Assembly (NCBI GenBank): GCA_036351795.1
Contig: JAZBPW010000114.1
Coordinates: 647-64,646, forward strand
Source of the DNA: Candidatus Zhuqueibacterota bacterium
GTDB lineage: Bacteria > Zhuqueibacterota > Zhuqueibacteria > Thermofontimicrobiales > Thiofontviventaceae
DNA length: 64,000 nt
Direction of reading: 5' to 3'
Shown here: positions 63,212 through 64,000 of the stretch, one piece after another
How positions within the stretch are numbered: position 1 is the stretch's first letter
Layout of the letters: every line of letters starts with the position of its first letter
Notes under the pieces: generated by a model
The model's database searches: none
Told to the model about the DNA's origin: nothing
Seen by the model: only the letters and a program-made list of their open reading frames with translations
Made by a program: the position numbers and the translations under genes

Positions 63212-64000
63212 TATCTTGTTCTGGCTCTAACATAATCCAGAAAAAGTGAATAGCAGAGGATCTGAAAGATAAAATGATAGATCCCAATTATCACTGAAAA
63301 TGCGGGTAGCGAGAATTGCGCGCTCTCCGGTGATGCGATGGCGCTTCCGAGGGTCAGAAGGACCGATGATATGAAACTAATCACAACGGCAGAATAGTAA
63401 AAGACATTGCTCTTCCTGCCCGCTCTGGGTACAGACTTGGTGTCCCACAGAAACGCGGATCGCGCGATCTCATCAGGAAGACGGCCATTTTGGATGAAAA
63501 ATTCCTTGATCTGATTCATCGCCATCGCGCTGCCATGCCACGATTGTCTCAATCGTATGATATGCATGAAATAGAGCCAGCCGATGAAGTTTAATACCAG
63601 GGCTACAATTACCAGCATTTCTCTCACATGCTGTGTCTGAAAAGCCTGCATGTTCATCTGTGTCGCAATGACGGTGAACACGGCTCCAACAATCAGCAGG
63701 AAGTAGTTCACCATTGTGTGACGGTCGTTCATGGCTTCCGAGCAGGTTGAAGCGATATACTCATAATCCTTGAGCAGCAGTTGTGCGACTGAGAATGAAT
63801 TTTCCTCCAGGCGCGGATTCTTCAATTTTTTTACTGAGCGCCTCCGATAGGCACGTTGATTGCGAAAGGCGAGAAATGTGAGCAGCACGAATGTCTGCAC
63901 AATAATGAGGTAAATCACAACTGTCTTTTGTTGTGATTGTGCATGAAAAAATGCGGTATACAACAGTATGATTCCTATGGCGACAACAAGGATAACGAGT
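63211..64000 (-). CDS. Polytopic membrane protein of unknown function, probably truncated by the window end
   Basis: The ORF-track start at 63963 is a TTG. The frame stays open to position 64000 and encodes further hydrophobic residues (..LVILVVAIGIIL). TAATG 1-nt overlap with the NUDIX start. Confidence 0.55.
   Translation of the reverse strand, partial: LVILVVAIGIILLYTAFFHAQSQQKTVVIYLIIVQTFVLLTFLAFRNQRAYRRRSVKKLKNPRLEENSFSVAQLLLKDYEYIASTCSEAMNDRHTMVNYFLLIVGAVFTVIATQMNMQAFQTQHVREMLVIVALVLNFIGWLYFMHIIRLRQSWHGSAMAMNQIKEFFIQNGRLPDEIARSAFLWDTKSVPRAGRKSNVFYYSAVVISFISSVLLTLGSAIASPESAQFSLPAFSVIIGIYHFIFQILCYSLFLDYVRARTR

Noticed and set aside
1-64000. Mobile elements, prophage, toxin-antitoxin, restriction-modification, CRISPR-Cas or other canonical defence systems; rRNA/tRNA genes
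   Set aside because: I looked for integrase, transposase or recombinase motifs, terminal inverted repeats, tRNA T-arm sequences (GGTTCGAATCC-like) and cas-like ORFs. None was found, but a proper tRNAscan/Infernal/HMM run is still advisable.

Overview
This 64-kb window looks like chromosomal DNA from an uncultivated member of the FCB-type (Fibrobacteres-Chlorobi-Bacteroidetes-like) lineages. The clues are five secreted proteins ending in the same T9SS-type C-terminal sorting domain (NYPNPFN...K-M-x-L-L-K), a short 285-aa primary sigma factor and a Bacteroides-like serine palmitoyltransferase. Coding density is high, and I found no rRNA, tRNA, CRISPR array, transposase or integrase. Content by region: (i) 0.5-15.5 kb is a glycan-utilisation-like locus with secreted GH-like, beta-helix and beta-propeller-like proteins plus two Na+/solute symporters, interrupted by two intergenic hairpin-repeat clusters. 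(ii) 15.6-17.8 kb holds pepT and a YgeA-like racemase. (iii) 17.8-22.0 kb is a tight operon of a small disordered protein, two Ddl-like ATP-grasp ligases, a GNAT and a lysine 2,3-aminomutase, a combination that matches no described pathway I know. (iv) 23-31 kb carries an ICMT-like methyltransferase::HEAT fusion and a five-gene envelope thiol-redox/T9SS operon. (v) 31-34 kb is ileS, preceded by a sequence-visible Ile-codon leader-peptide attenuator. (vi) 34-49 kb is housekeeping: secDF, amidase, rhomboid, rpoD-like sigma, SPT-like enzyme, an S8 protease with a stand-alone propeptide paralogue, and a PPi-PFK. (vii) 49.7-54 kb holds thyX translationally coupled to an EndoQ::UvrD fusion. (viii) 54-64 kb holds fetAB-like ABC genes, a triple-malectin T9SS protein, a Cys-rich PAS sigma-54 activator, mscS, ddl and a NUDIX gene. 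All calls rest on reading motifs in the supplied translations and hand-checked nucleotide coordinates; no searches were run.
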